A stretch of 64,000 nt of DNA from assembly GCF_963921235.1 (NCBI RefSeq), contig NC_086109.1:34536001-34600000 (forward strand), read 5' to 3'. The notes below the pieces were generated by a model, which was not told where the DNA came from, did no database searches, and was given only the letters and a program-made list of their open reading frames with translations. How positions within the stretch are numbered: position 1 is the stretch's first letter; each line of letters begins with the position of its first letter. Source of the stretch: Mobula hypostoma (Eukaryota). Below are positions 49,901-61,900 of the stretch, one piece after another. Both the position numbers and the translations under genes were made by a program.

Positions 49901-52900
49901 ATCACTGGCCTTACGAATCCGTGTACCTATCCAAACTTCTCTTAAATGTTGAAATCAAAATCGCGTCAACCAGTCACACTAGCAGCTTGTTCCACATTCC
50001 CACCACCCTCTGAGAGAAGTTTCCCCTCATGTTTCTCTTAAACATCTCACCTTTCACCTTTAATCCATGATCTCTGATGGCAGTCTCACCCAACCTCAGT
50101 GGGAAAGACCTGCTTGCATTTATCCTATCTATACCCCTCATAATTTTGTAAACCTGTACCAACTCTCCTCTCAATCTTCTGCATTCTTGGTGAATTAAGT
50201 CCTGTCCCATTCAATCTGTCCTCATAACTCAGGTCCGCCAGTAAATTTACAACATCCATATAAATTTTCTCTGTACTCTTCAATCTTATTTGCATATTTT
50301 CTGTAGTTAGGTGACCAAAACTGCACATAATACTCTACATTAGGCCTCACCAATGTCTTATACAACTTTTGTCCTGAAATGTTAACTGTGTTTCTCTTCC
50401 CAAAATACAGCCTCACTGGCTGATCAAATTGAGCATATTTTGTTTTAATTTTAGACTTCCAATTTCATTTTGGTTCAATTCTGCCATTTTTCATTGGATG
50501 ATGAATGCTGGTCCCCACAAAATCAGTAACAAAAATATTACTTGGTAGGGTGTTTATGAGCTTCAGCATAGAGAGAAACAACAACTCTTATTTTATAGTA
50601 GCTTTAATATTCATTGAAAAACACCCCAAAGAATTTTACAGAGGGCGAATGAGAAATAAATGAATGCTGTGCCAAGAAGTTGCTGCAAGGAGAGTTATGA
50701 TGGAGGGCCCTTGGGAATTTCAGACACATCATCTGAAATATGGTGCCTCGGGATATCAACACTGCACCGATTAAATATGAACTCAAATTCTCCAGATGGG
50801 TGAAAACCTAGGTATAACTCAAATTATTGTGTGAAGATCAGACCCTTTTTATTAAGGTGACACAAAAATTAATGCAGATGCTGGAAACCTGAAGCAAAAT
50901 GTGAAAAGGTGGGAACACAGAGCAACGTAGTCAGCATCTGGGAAGAGAGATAGTCAATGAAACTTCTTCGTGCCTGTTTCATAACAGACTGGTCTTGTAT
51001 TGCAATCTCAGAGGTTTCTCTGCAAAATGTTATATGATAGAAATGTAAATTCTGTGTTGTCTATTCGTAACAATATCATGTTTTGATATTGGTTGGTTGG
51101 TTGGTTGGCATCCGTCTGTCCCGAAGGACGATGAGGGATGATGATCATTATTACAAGCTGGGGTGGGGGGGGGGGAGGTTATGGAGACCCTGAGATGCCC
51201 AGTCATCAAGATCTGCCTCTCAGCCTCACCAGTGTAGCCCAAAGGAAATTTTATGAAGCAATACATTTGACACCAGTTTGGCTGCAAGAGCTGTCAGAAG
51301 GATGTTCAATAACGTCCAGCCGCCTTAGGGGCTCCACTCCAAATTTGCTGTCTGGGTTTACTCCCGTAGCCTTCGTCTCTCCCGAGGCTGCCCACAAGGC
51401 AGTGGAGCTATTTATCCATAGCTGGGGATCTGGTTCAATAGGGCTGTCCACATACCGGTAGGCCGGCGTGCTATATGTGCCTAGGCCAGACCTCTTCCCC
51501 ATCCTCTGTAGTTCAGCCTAAGTCCAAAAGGAATTCAATTTCTGTGTGTCGCCAGTGAGAGGAGGCACTACATGAGGCTTGCTCTTGGAGAGGCTATGTA
51601 CTGGCAGGGAGAGACTTACACATTCAGTTCTGCTTTTTGCAAGACTGCTAGTCAGCAGTGGAAGCTGAAAGTGAGAGCGACAAGCACTACCCACCACACT
51701 ACCACACAAGACAAATCACAACAAACATTTTGAAGCTTCAGTATAAGCAGGAATAAAAATGTTATTGTGACCATACGTGCAGAAATGAATGCCTTAAGCT
51801 TATACAAGAGAAGACTGCAAATTGGCCATGGGGCTGCAGTCTACCCCCTGACTTTAGACTCCTCCAGGTGTTTAATAAGGGAGGAAGAGTTTAAGCTAAA
51901 TCCTTAATGCTTAATGTTATGAATGCCAGTGAAATCTGTACCTTGCACAAGGTGTATTCTACTTTTGAAAGGGAATGGCTGTTAGTTTCAAGTAGACCTG
52001 AAATTAACACCACTTTCAGATAGGATAACAATTAAAATCACGGTTTAAAAAGTTTTAAAAACTTTTTGAAATTTTTAAGCTTTTGAATTTTGGACTGTTC
52101 CGGCTTTGTATAGAACTGTGTTTCAGCTGACTGTCAAAGTCTTCTCCTCATTTTATGTGTGCCATTCAATTTGTGCCTCCCCCTTACTATACCTCTCCTT
52201 TTGATTTGGACACCTTTATTGTTACACAGTACCTTGTCATTTTGAATCTTCCCCGTTTTTCCTTAAACTTGTCCCTGCAAGAATAGCCAAAAAGGCCATC
52301 TTTCTTCATCAAGATTTCCAAGGAATATGCTAAAAATCTGTGTAATTTCCAGTCTCCTGTAGCAATAAATTTATTCAAAGTAACCTAACTCAAACTGAAA
52401 TTTTCATGCAGCAGTACCATTCTGATATAAGGAATCATTTTCTTATTACTTCTTTAAAGAAACATTAACGTAAATATAGCTTCAGACTTTGTAGTGTTTC
52501 CAGTTGTTATCTTGGAATGTTTTTGTATGTTTAAGTTGTTATGTAAATTTATTGTTATTGAATGTTGCTGGAAGTCAGATGCAAATCAACTTCACAAGCT
52601 CGGATCCAGATTATTAAAGTCTTATATGAATGTCTTAATTTGATCTGACTTTTAAATTGCATAATTTAATGTGGTGATATGCACAACACTACAATTTACA
52701 CAAGTTCAGATCTAGGAATTACTTTTAAAGTTACGAGTAGGAACATATGCACCAAATGGCATCTGAACATTTTGTGATTTTTGTCAGATTACTGAATGAA
52801 CCCCATCAATAAATCCAGTGTTTCTTGATTTAATGGATTTTTCAACATTTTCCAGCTTATGCTCAATAATATGCAAATGTTGAAAACGGGTCATCAGCAA

Positions 52901-55900
52901 CCTCAAGAAGAGGAGGATCCTTTGACTTACTATTCAAAACACACAGCACAGATTGAGGTATGATCCTAACAACTTTAAGGCTGGGTGGTGTTTCATATCC
53001 ATCTGAACAGCACAGATGAAATGATCCTGAACAAAGGGCCTCAGTATTTGTCTGAAGATGCCATTGCTCTAAAAAACCCTTTGGTGTTGTGTGCAGAAGA
53101 ATGAGCTTTCTATGAATAATAAATTCAAATGTCTTTTCTCTCCTCCTGCTGTCTTTGTGGAGGAAAGGGGAGAATGTGATTTGCTAACTGAGGAAAGAAT
53201 TGGGACTGCAGCAGAATGGGACGGGTGGTGAACGTTTTGGTCAGTGAGGGGACATTCAGTAGGTTGTGCATGGGAGCTGCTAGGATTAACTTTTCTACTT
53301 AGGTACAACTTACCTAAAGACAGCTCTAGGTTCCAGAGCCTGAATGTTACTCAGAGGTTTTTCTTGTTTTAACTTTTGCTAAAGCAGGCTTCATTTTAGT
53401 GGGAAAGGCCTGCTTCTGTGCCAGTTGTGGAAAGGCACCCTTCACATGTGACTGAAAAGCGTGGCCTGTCAGCATATTGCACATGAAGAAGGAGGAATAA
53501 TGCTGACTAACTGGCTGTCCCTGATTTGAGTTAGTGCTTGTTTTTTCTGTTTTTCTTAATAAATTAATTCATATTATGCTGCATAGTCAGATTTTTAGAC
53601 CTTCACTCTTATTACAGAGTTGAAACAGTAACATGGGCATATTATAGCAGAAGACCGACTTACAATTGTACTTCATATATCATTGACCACAGTTAAGGGG
53701 ACCAAAAATTATCATATCAAAGACAGCCATAGTTTTTGCATTGAGCTGCCTTTAGTTTGTCTTATCACCATGATGTCAAAAATGAATGATATTCATTTTT
53801 AAATATTTGTTTGCTCATTCAAATACAAATGCACACAATGGCATGGTTTTAAATTCCTCATAGCTCTCAAATTCCACTCATGTTTAATACAGCAGCTGCT
53901 CCTTGGTCCTTCAGTCCATTCAAGTTGATCTATCCCAGTCAGAAATATATTGCAATGTTAGTTGTAGACATAATTAACCAATAATGAAAAGTGCTGAACA
54001 ACCTAAAATATGTCTCTTGTGATTTGTCCAAGTTTGTATTGACACTTGCTTCGTCAATAGGATAATTGATTATAATTATCAATTGTGATAAATTTCTACA
54101 GTTCTTGGACACCTATGAGAGGATTCAACTAAAAGTAGTCTATTATTCCTGTCTCAGTGGAGGGAGTTAAAATATACAATGGTATGAAGCCTAAAACCCA
54201 ACACAACATCTGTCTGAAAACTTTGTGTTTTGGTGATTTTACTTATACATTTCCTGATGAATAGTAACACTAAAGTTGTATGTTGCCCCATCCTTCTATG
54301 ATATTTTTAAGAGAAAAACTAAGCTGGATGCTTGGAGTGGTTAGAATTATGCAATACAACACAGCAGGAACAAATGGGGCAAGATTGTGGTATTCATCAC
54401 TGCTAAGCCTGCCAGTGATTCACAATTTAAATAGGGGCAGCACTTAACATAGTGGTTAGCACAACCCTATTTAAAAAGGCATCCGTTAGTCTTGCGAGAT
54501 TATGGATCTGCGCCTGGAAAGTCTTCACTCTCCAGGGCTTAGGCCTGGGCAAGGTTGTATGGAAGACTGACAGTTGCTGCAAGGCTCCCCCCTCCATGAC
54601 ACCGATGTTGTCCAAGGGAAGGGCAAGGGCCGATACAGCTTGGCACCAGTGTCGTCGCAGAGCACTGTGTGGTTAAGTGCCTTGCTCAAGGTCACAACAC
54701 GCTGCCTCGGTTGGGGCTCGATCTCACAACCTTCAGGTCGCTAGTCGAATGCCTTAACCACTTGGCCACGAGCCCACACAACACTGTTACAGAACTTGTA
54801 ACCTGGGTTCAATACCTGCTGCTGTTGTCAGGAGTTTGTGTGTTCTCTTTGTGACAGCACATCTTTCCTCTGAGTGCTCCAGTTTCCTCTCACATTCCAA
54901 AAATGTATGGGTTAGTCGGCTAATTTATCACAAGGGTGTAATTGGGTGGTGTGGCCTCAGTTGTTGGGCCAGAAGGGCTGGTTACTGTACTGTTATGTTT
55001 AAATAATATATATAAGTACGTAAATTCAAATTTAACTTCCAAGGCTCCTTGGTGGTAACAATTACTGCTCAAAGTACATCCAGTGAATTAGTCTCATTTG
55101 ATCATTTGGACTGCAAAAGAAATATTTGAAAATATGATTATTAGCAGTAGATAATATTCATGCAACCTCAAGGTATTAAAGCTGGTAAGACTACGTAGTG
55201 TGGGTTTGTTTTGACTGCTTCTTTTCAACTGTGTTTTATCTTTTGTCAGATTATTCGGAGTGACCGCAATATGGAGCAGATTGTATTCCCCATGCCAGAC
55301 ATTTGCGAATATTTAACAACTGAGTCCAAGCAGCGAGTCATCAACACCACCGAACAGGATGAACAAGGCAGCAAAGTCAGCGACTTCTTTGAAAAAACCC
55401 ACTTTCTGTACAATGAGATGCGTTGGCAGAAGAAACTCCAAAGTAAGGGCATATTTCAAAGCCACAGCTATTTAGTATTCACATTAGAAACCATTAGCGA
55501 GATAAATTTAGATGAGAAAGGGTGGGAAAAGATTTGAGCCGTGTAAGATGCCAGCATGGACTGGTTAGACTAACTGTTGTGATGGTTACATCTGATGTGA
55601 TACTGGACAGTGTGTCAAAAAGGATGGCAAGGGATTATCCTTTTGCAGTCAACATGAAAGGGCAGCAAGGGAATTACTCCAAATAGGAATTAAACGACTT
55701 AAGTTATAACCTTGGGAGTCAGTTACAAACTATCTAACATGTAGCCTAATATCTCCATTGTATCAATTTTCATGGTATTTCTTACTTGCGTATTTTAACA
55801 CCCACATTAAAATATTTAAGATAGTACAGATATTTTTGCAAAGTCATTTACTAGGCTGTGTTAAAGATACTGCTCAGGGAAATTCAGACTCAAAAACATA

Positions 55901-58900
55901 GCAGGTGATTTAAAAAAATAAAATGGAATGCCTTTCTACCAAATAGTATAAAGAATGGTGAAAAACTGTCTGAGGTTGAAAGCATTTAACACAAAATCTA
56001 GTTACATAGCTATTGCTCTCTGTATTTGAAATTTAACTCCACTGAATATTGGAATTAGAGTACGGTATATCTACAATAATACATTGCATGGAATTGAGGA
56101 CATATTTCTTGACTGTCACTGAAAGAATAGAACTTCTTTGTTGAAATGCAATATTTTCTTCAAAGTTTGAAGTTCAAAGTAAATGTATTATCAAAGTACA
56201 TATGTGTCATCATATACAATCCTGAACTTCACATCATTGCGGGCATACTCAGTAAATCCAAGAAACATAATGGAATCAATGAAAGATTGCACCCAACAGG
56301 GCATTCTGACAATCAATGTGCAAAAGACAACAGTGCAGATACAAAGGGAAAAAAAATAAATAAATAAGCAATAAATATTGAGAACATGAGATGAAGAGTT
56401 CCTGAAAGTTAGTTCATAGGTTGTGGGAAGAGTTCAGTGATGGAGCAAGTGAAGTTATAGAGTTATAGAATAGTACAGCACAGTACAGGCCCTTCGGCCC
56501 ACAATGTTGTGCCAACCCTCAAACCCTGCCTCCCATTTAAGCCTCCACCTTAGATTTCTCCATATACCTGTCTAGTAGCCTTTTAAACTTCACTAGTGTA
56601 TCTGCCTCCACCACTGACTCAGGCAGTGCATTCCACGCACCAACCACTCTCTGAGTAAAAAACCTTCCTCTAATATCCCCCTTGAACTTCCCACCCCTTA
56701 CCTTAAAGCCATGTCCTCTTGTATTGAGCAGTGGTGCTCTGGTGAAGAGGCGCTGGCTATCCACTCTATCTATTCCTCTTATTATCTTGTACACCTCTAT
56801 CATGTCTCCTCTCATCCTCCTCTCCAAAGAGTAAAGCCCTAGCTCCCTTAATCTCTGATCATAATGCATACTTTCTAAACCAGGCAGGATCCTGGTAAAT
56901 CTCCTCTGTACCCTTTCCAATGCTTCCACATCCTTCCTATAGTGAGGTGACCAGAACTGGACACAGTACTCCAAGTGTGGCCTAACCAGAGTTTTATAGA
57001 GCTGCATCATTACATCGCGACTCTTAAACTCTATCCCTCGACTTATGAAAGCTAACACCCCATAAGCTTTCTTAACTACCCTATCCACCTGTGAGGCAAC
57101 TTTCAGGGATCTGTGGACATGTACCCCGAGATCCCTCTGCTCCTCCACACTACCAAGTATCCTGACATTTACTTTGTACTCTGCCTTGGAGTTTGTCCTT
57201 CCAAGGTGTACCACCTCACACTTCTCCGGGTTGAACTCCATCTGCCACTTCTCAGCCCACTTGTGCATCCTATCAGTGTCTCTCTGCAATCTTTGACAAT
57301 CCTCTACACTATCTACAACACCACCAACTTTTGTGTCGTCTGCAAACTTGCCAACCCACCCTTCTACCCCCACATCCAGGTCGTTAATAAAAATCACGAA
57401 AAGTAGAGGTCCCAGAACAAATCCTTGTGGGACACCACTAGTCACAATCCGCCAATCTGAATGTACTCCCTCCACCACCACCCTCTGCCTTCTGCAGGCT
57501 AGCCAATTCTGAATCCACCTGGCCAAACTTCCCTGGATCCCATGCCTTTTTGACTTTCTGAATAAGCCTACCATGTGGTTCAAGACATTGATGGCTGAGG
57601 GGTAATAACTGTTCCTGAATCTGGTGGTGTGGGTGCTGAGACTCCTGTACCTTCTCCCTGATGGCAGCAGTGAGAAGAAAGCATAGCCTGGGTGGTAGGA
57701 ATCCTTGAAGATACTTGCTGCTTTCCTGTGGCAGCATTTTGTGTAGATGTACTCAATGGTGGCAGGGTGGGAGCAGGCTTTACCCTTGATGGGCTGGGCC
57801 ATAACCACTACTTTTTGTAGGATTTTTCACTCAAGCGCACTGGTGTTTCCATACTAGAGCATGATGTGAGCCGTCTCTCCACCACTCATCCATAGAAGTT
57901 TGTCCAAGTTTTAAATGCATGCTGAATTCTTACCAACTTTTAAGGAAGTAGAGGTGCTGCCATACTTCCTTGGTATTTGCATTTGTATGCTGGGCCCAGG
58001 ACAGATCCTCTGAAATGATAACACCAAGAAATTTGAAGTTGCTGACTCTCACCACCTCTGATCCCCTGATGAGAACTAGGTCATGGACCTCCTGAAGTCA
58101 ACAATCAGCTTCTTGGTCTTGCTGTCATTGAGTGAGAGGTTGTTGTTCTGACAACATTCAGCCAGACTTTCAAGCTCCCTCCTATATGCAGCTTCATCAT
58201 TGTCATTGGCTGTGCAGGCCTAATGTCTCTGCAGTGTGATTCTAATTATCATTATCGAACATTGAGTGATTGAGCCAAAATGCACTTGTGCATTTAAGGG
58301 GATGTACAAAGAGATTTGGGAATTGGAAGGCTTTGCAGAGTAAATACTGCAAGTATAGTAGGAAGCAGCAGTAAATCTTTGCACAATCTCAGATTAGATG
58401 GAGCTATTTCCAACAAGTGTTACTTACTGTTTGTACTGTATCCTTTATGATGAGAGGGATCTACTTGAAACATTTATGTGGGTAAAGATCACATGGAGCA
58501 TCATCTGAAAAAACGAGGGGCTGCCCATTTAAGACTGAGATGAGGAGAAATTTTCCTTACTCAAATCATTATGCATCTTGGTCTTCTCCATTTCAGAGGG
58601 CTAAGGACAACTTGTTGTTGAATACATTGGAAGCTGAGACTTGATAGATTTTTGTGCACTCGGGTAATTGAGGGATCAGACAGGAAAGTGATGTTCAGTC
58701 GAACAGAGCAACACACTCAAACTGCTGGAGGAACTCAGTAGGTCAGGCAGCATCAATGGAAAGGAATAAACGGTCGCCATTTCAGGCTGAGACTCTTCAT
58801 CCTGAACAGCTATGATTTTATTGATTGGTGAAGGTTAAAGGTCATTTGGCATACCCTTGATCTTATTTTTTCATGTTTTTAGTAACAATTGTCATTTCTT

Positions 58901-61900
58901 CTTAGGTATGCCTCTGCTGTACTGGTTCTCCAGGAGAATGACTCTATGGGGCAGCATCTCCTTCCACCTTGCTGTGTTTATCAATCTTGTCATTGCCTTC
59001 TTCTATCCATATGGAGAAGCAACTTCAATGGGTAGGCAGTTCAAGGATTATTTGATGCTGAAAATGGTCATCTGTATGAATGACTTTGTGAATATTTAGT
59101 CTAACAATTAATGAGGTACCTTACCTGAGTTGAACTTTAAAAAGTAAAGTTCTAATATTTTGTCCTTCAGTAAATTATTATGGTGTCGTGGAAAGGTACA
59201 AAATTGAAACAGCATTTGGTTCATCAAGTCTGCACCAACTATTAGCCACCCATTTACACAAACCCCACATTAATCTCATATTCTTTTTATTTTCCCAACC
59301 TCATCATCAACCAGCCTTGTATCATAACACTGCCTTCACAATAGGGCAAATAATGTGCCAACCTTCATGTCTGTGAGATGTGTCATAAAATTGGAGCATC
59401 CAAAGGCGACTGGAATTATTGCAGGGAGAAGGTGCATGTTCCACACAGGCAGAACCCAAAGTCATGATCAATACTGGGTGTCTTGCGTTATGAGGTAGCA
59501 GCTCTGTTAACTGTGCCCACATGTTGCTAGTCTTACCCTTTATTAATTCTAATGTCAATCTGCTATGAAACTCCTTGGTAAAGGTGAAATACTGCCAATG
59601 ACAGTGAATAACAATGGAAAATCATATTAATTAAAAACTATAAGAGCTAATTATACAGCAATTGTTGACAATACCTAAATCAGAGACTAGTATTGAGATG
59701 CTGAGGTGGAGAAATTTGACACTTCCAGACAACATAAAGGAAGAACTGTGGAAAGCAGAGGCCACCAGATATTACGACTAACTTTAGTCACTCAAATTAT
59801 TTTGACCTAAGAAACTGGTTCCTTAGCTTTGCTAACACATTTGATTTGGAATTACAGTCACGCAAGGTCTAGTTGATTGTTACAGAAGCCGTAATGCCGG
59901 CCTCATACAGGCATCAGGCATAAGAACACATTTATATTCATGAACAAAATCTAGTAACATAGCATTAATTGGTTTTCTTTTTTTTCCTTACAGGAGCCTT
60001 TGATTCATCCTTTATCTCACTTATCTTTTGGGGTGTAATAGTCTTCTCAGTAGTTACTTTGTTTATCAAGAGATATGATCTCAGACCATTAATAATAGCT
60101 CTGATAGTTCGATCTACATATTACATTGGAATAGGCCACACGTTGATAACACTGGGATTACTTAACGTAAGTATAAAGTTCATAATCAACAAAAGTATAT
60201 TGAAATGTGTGAAATATACACTTGCTAGTTCCACTATTTTGTCCCTGTGGCTAAAAAAAATCTGTTCATCTGTAAAATGCACCTTTTCTGTTCATTTTTT
60301 TTCAGTTGCCTTATTTATTATTTGGTGCAGTAATTGGAGAGTTATCCAGAGAATCATTTAAAAAAATACAATCAGCGCAAGGAGCCCTTACTCAGCAATC
60401 AGCAGACAAATGAATAGTCATGGCAATGACATCTAAAAGTGATGCTGGTATTTAATCATGGTTGACAAAAGACGTGACATTTTCAGTTTGCTTTGCTGAA
60501 ATAAATTGGCAAAATTCCACAATCCTCGTGCACCATCTCTGTTTAATTTATTTGTAAATTAGCTGACAATTGCTGAGATATTTAGCTATGTGAAAGTCTT
60601 GAGACGTTAACGAGAAAGAGATGCATTCCATATGAAAGGACAAATTAAGAGATATGCATGTGTCTCAGGCATGTGCAGTCTAATTATACCGACATTTAGA
60701 GAAGTGGATGTAAATGAGATGAGTTAGTTTTGCAGTCACAGACTACCCACACTATACATTTACAGCACTACTCACATCATCCAATCACCTTCTCTGGTTC
60801 CTTTCTTAACTATCTGGTCAGCCATATATCACCTGCAATCATCTTTTCTTGTTACTACACCAATACCTCTAATGGACCCTAAGAATCTATCCAAAAAGCA
60901 CATCCTGTTTCTAAGGTAAATGCTGTAGTTTGGGGCATTAATCAAAAAGAAAGCATTTCCTTCCACAAGCTCAAAGACTCTACCTCAACATTAGCTGTCT
61001 TGTCACCTCCACTGTTTTCAAACTAACAAATCCTTGTCAGCATCCAGTACTGGGGAGCAGGAATTTTCTCTTTCTAGGGACTGAAAGGACTAAAGCTATT
61101 GTCCATGGTCCCCAAGTACACTTTCTGTTATTGTGCTCTAACTCCTTCCATCTGCATGACCACAGCCTGAAACAACTAGCTTGCAACTAATGTACTTCTT
61201 CATGTTGAGCTGATCTTGGGTCACAAATCTCTTATTATGGCATTAGAACTGTTCACAGTACTCAGACACAGTCCAAACAAGATCCAGAACAAGATTCAAG
61301 CTACTTAGCTGCTTTGAATCCCTATGCTCTGCTTGACTATTTTTTAAATATAGTATTGTTATCTGTATTGTTGCTTTGAATGATTATCTGCCTTGCTTTA
61401 GCTGTTTTTATTACCATAATTAAATAGGGGCTTAGTGATATATTACAATTACATTGGACCTTAGTAAGGTCATACTTGTAGTATTCAGTACAACGCTAGG
61501 TGCCTTACCTTTAAAATGATATTCATTTTATAGTTGAAGTGCAGTAAAGAGTCATCTGGATGGTTCCTCAGATGATAGGTCTGTCACAAGAGGATAGATG
61601 GAGTAGGCTAGATCCCAGTTCTTTAGCGTTTAGATAGATGAGTGGTTTTCTCATTGAAACCTAGAAATATTCATCAAGGACCAAAAAGGATACATACAAA
61701 GAGCAACACACAGAAAAGGCTGGAGGAACTCAGCATCTATGAAGAGGATTAAACTGTCAATCTTTTGGGCTGAGACCCTTCATCAGCACTGGAAAGGAAG
61801 AGAGAAGAATGTGTGGGGAGAGAGGAAAAATTACAAGCTGGCGGGTGATAGGAGAATCTAGGTGAAGGGGGAAGGTGGGTGGGGGGTGGGAGGATGAAGT

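Noticed and set aside
54690..54776. tRNA gene
   Set aside because: A/B-box-like motifs are present but there is no complete cloverleaf and it is fused to a SINE body; the same applies to the V-SINE heads
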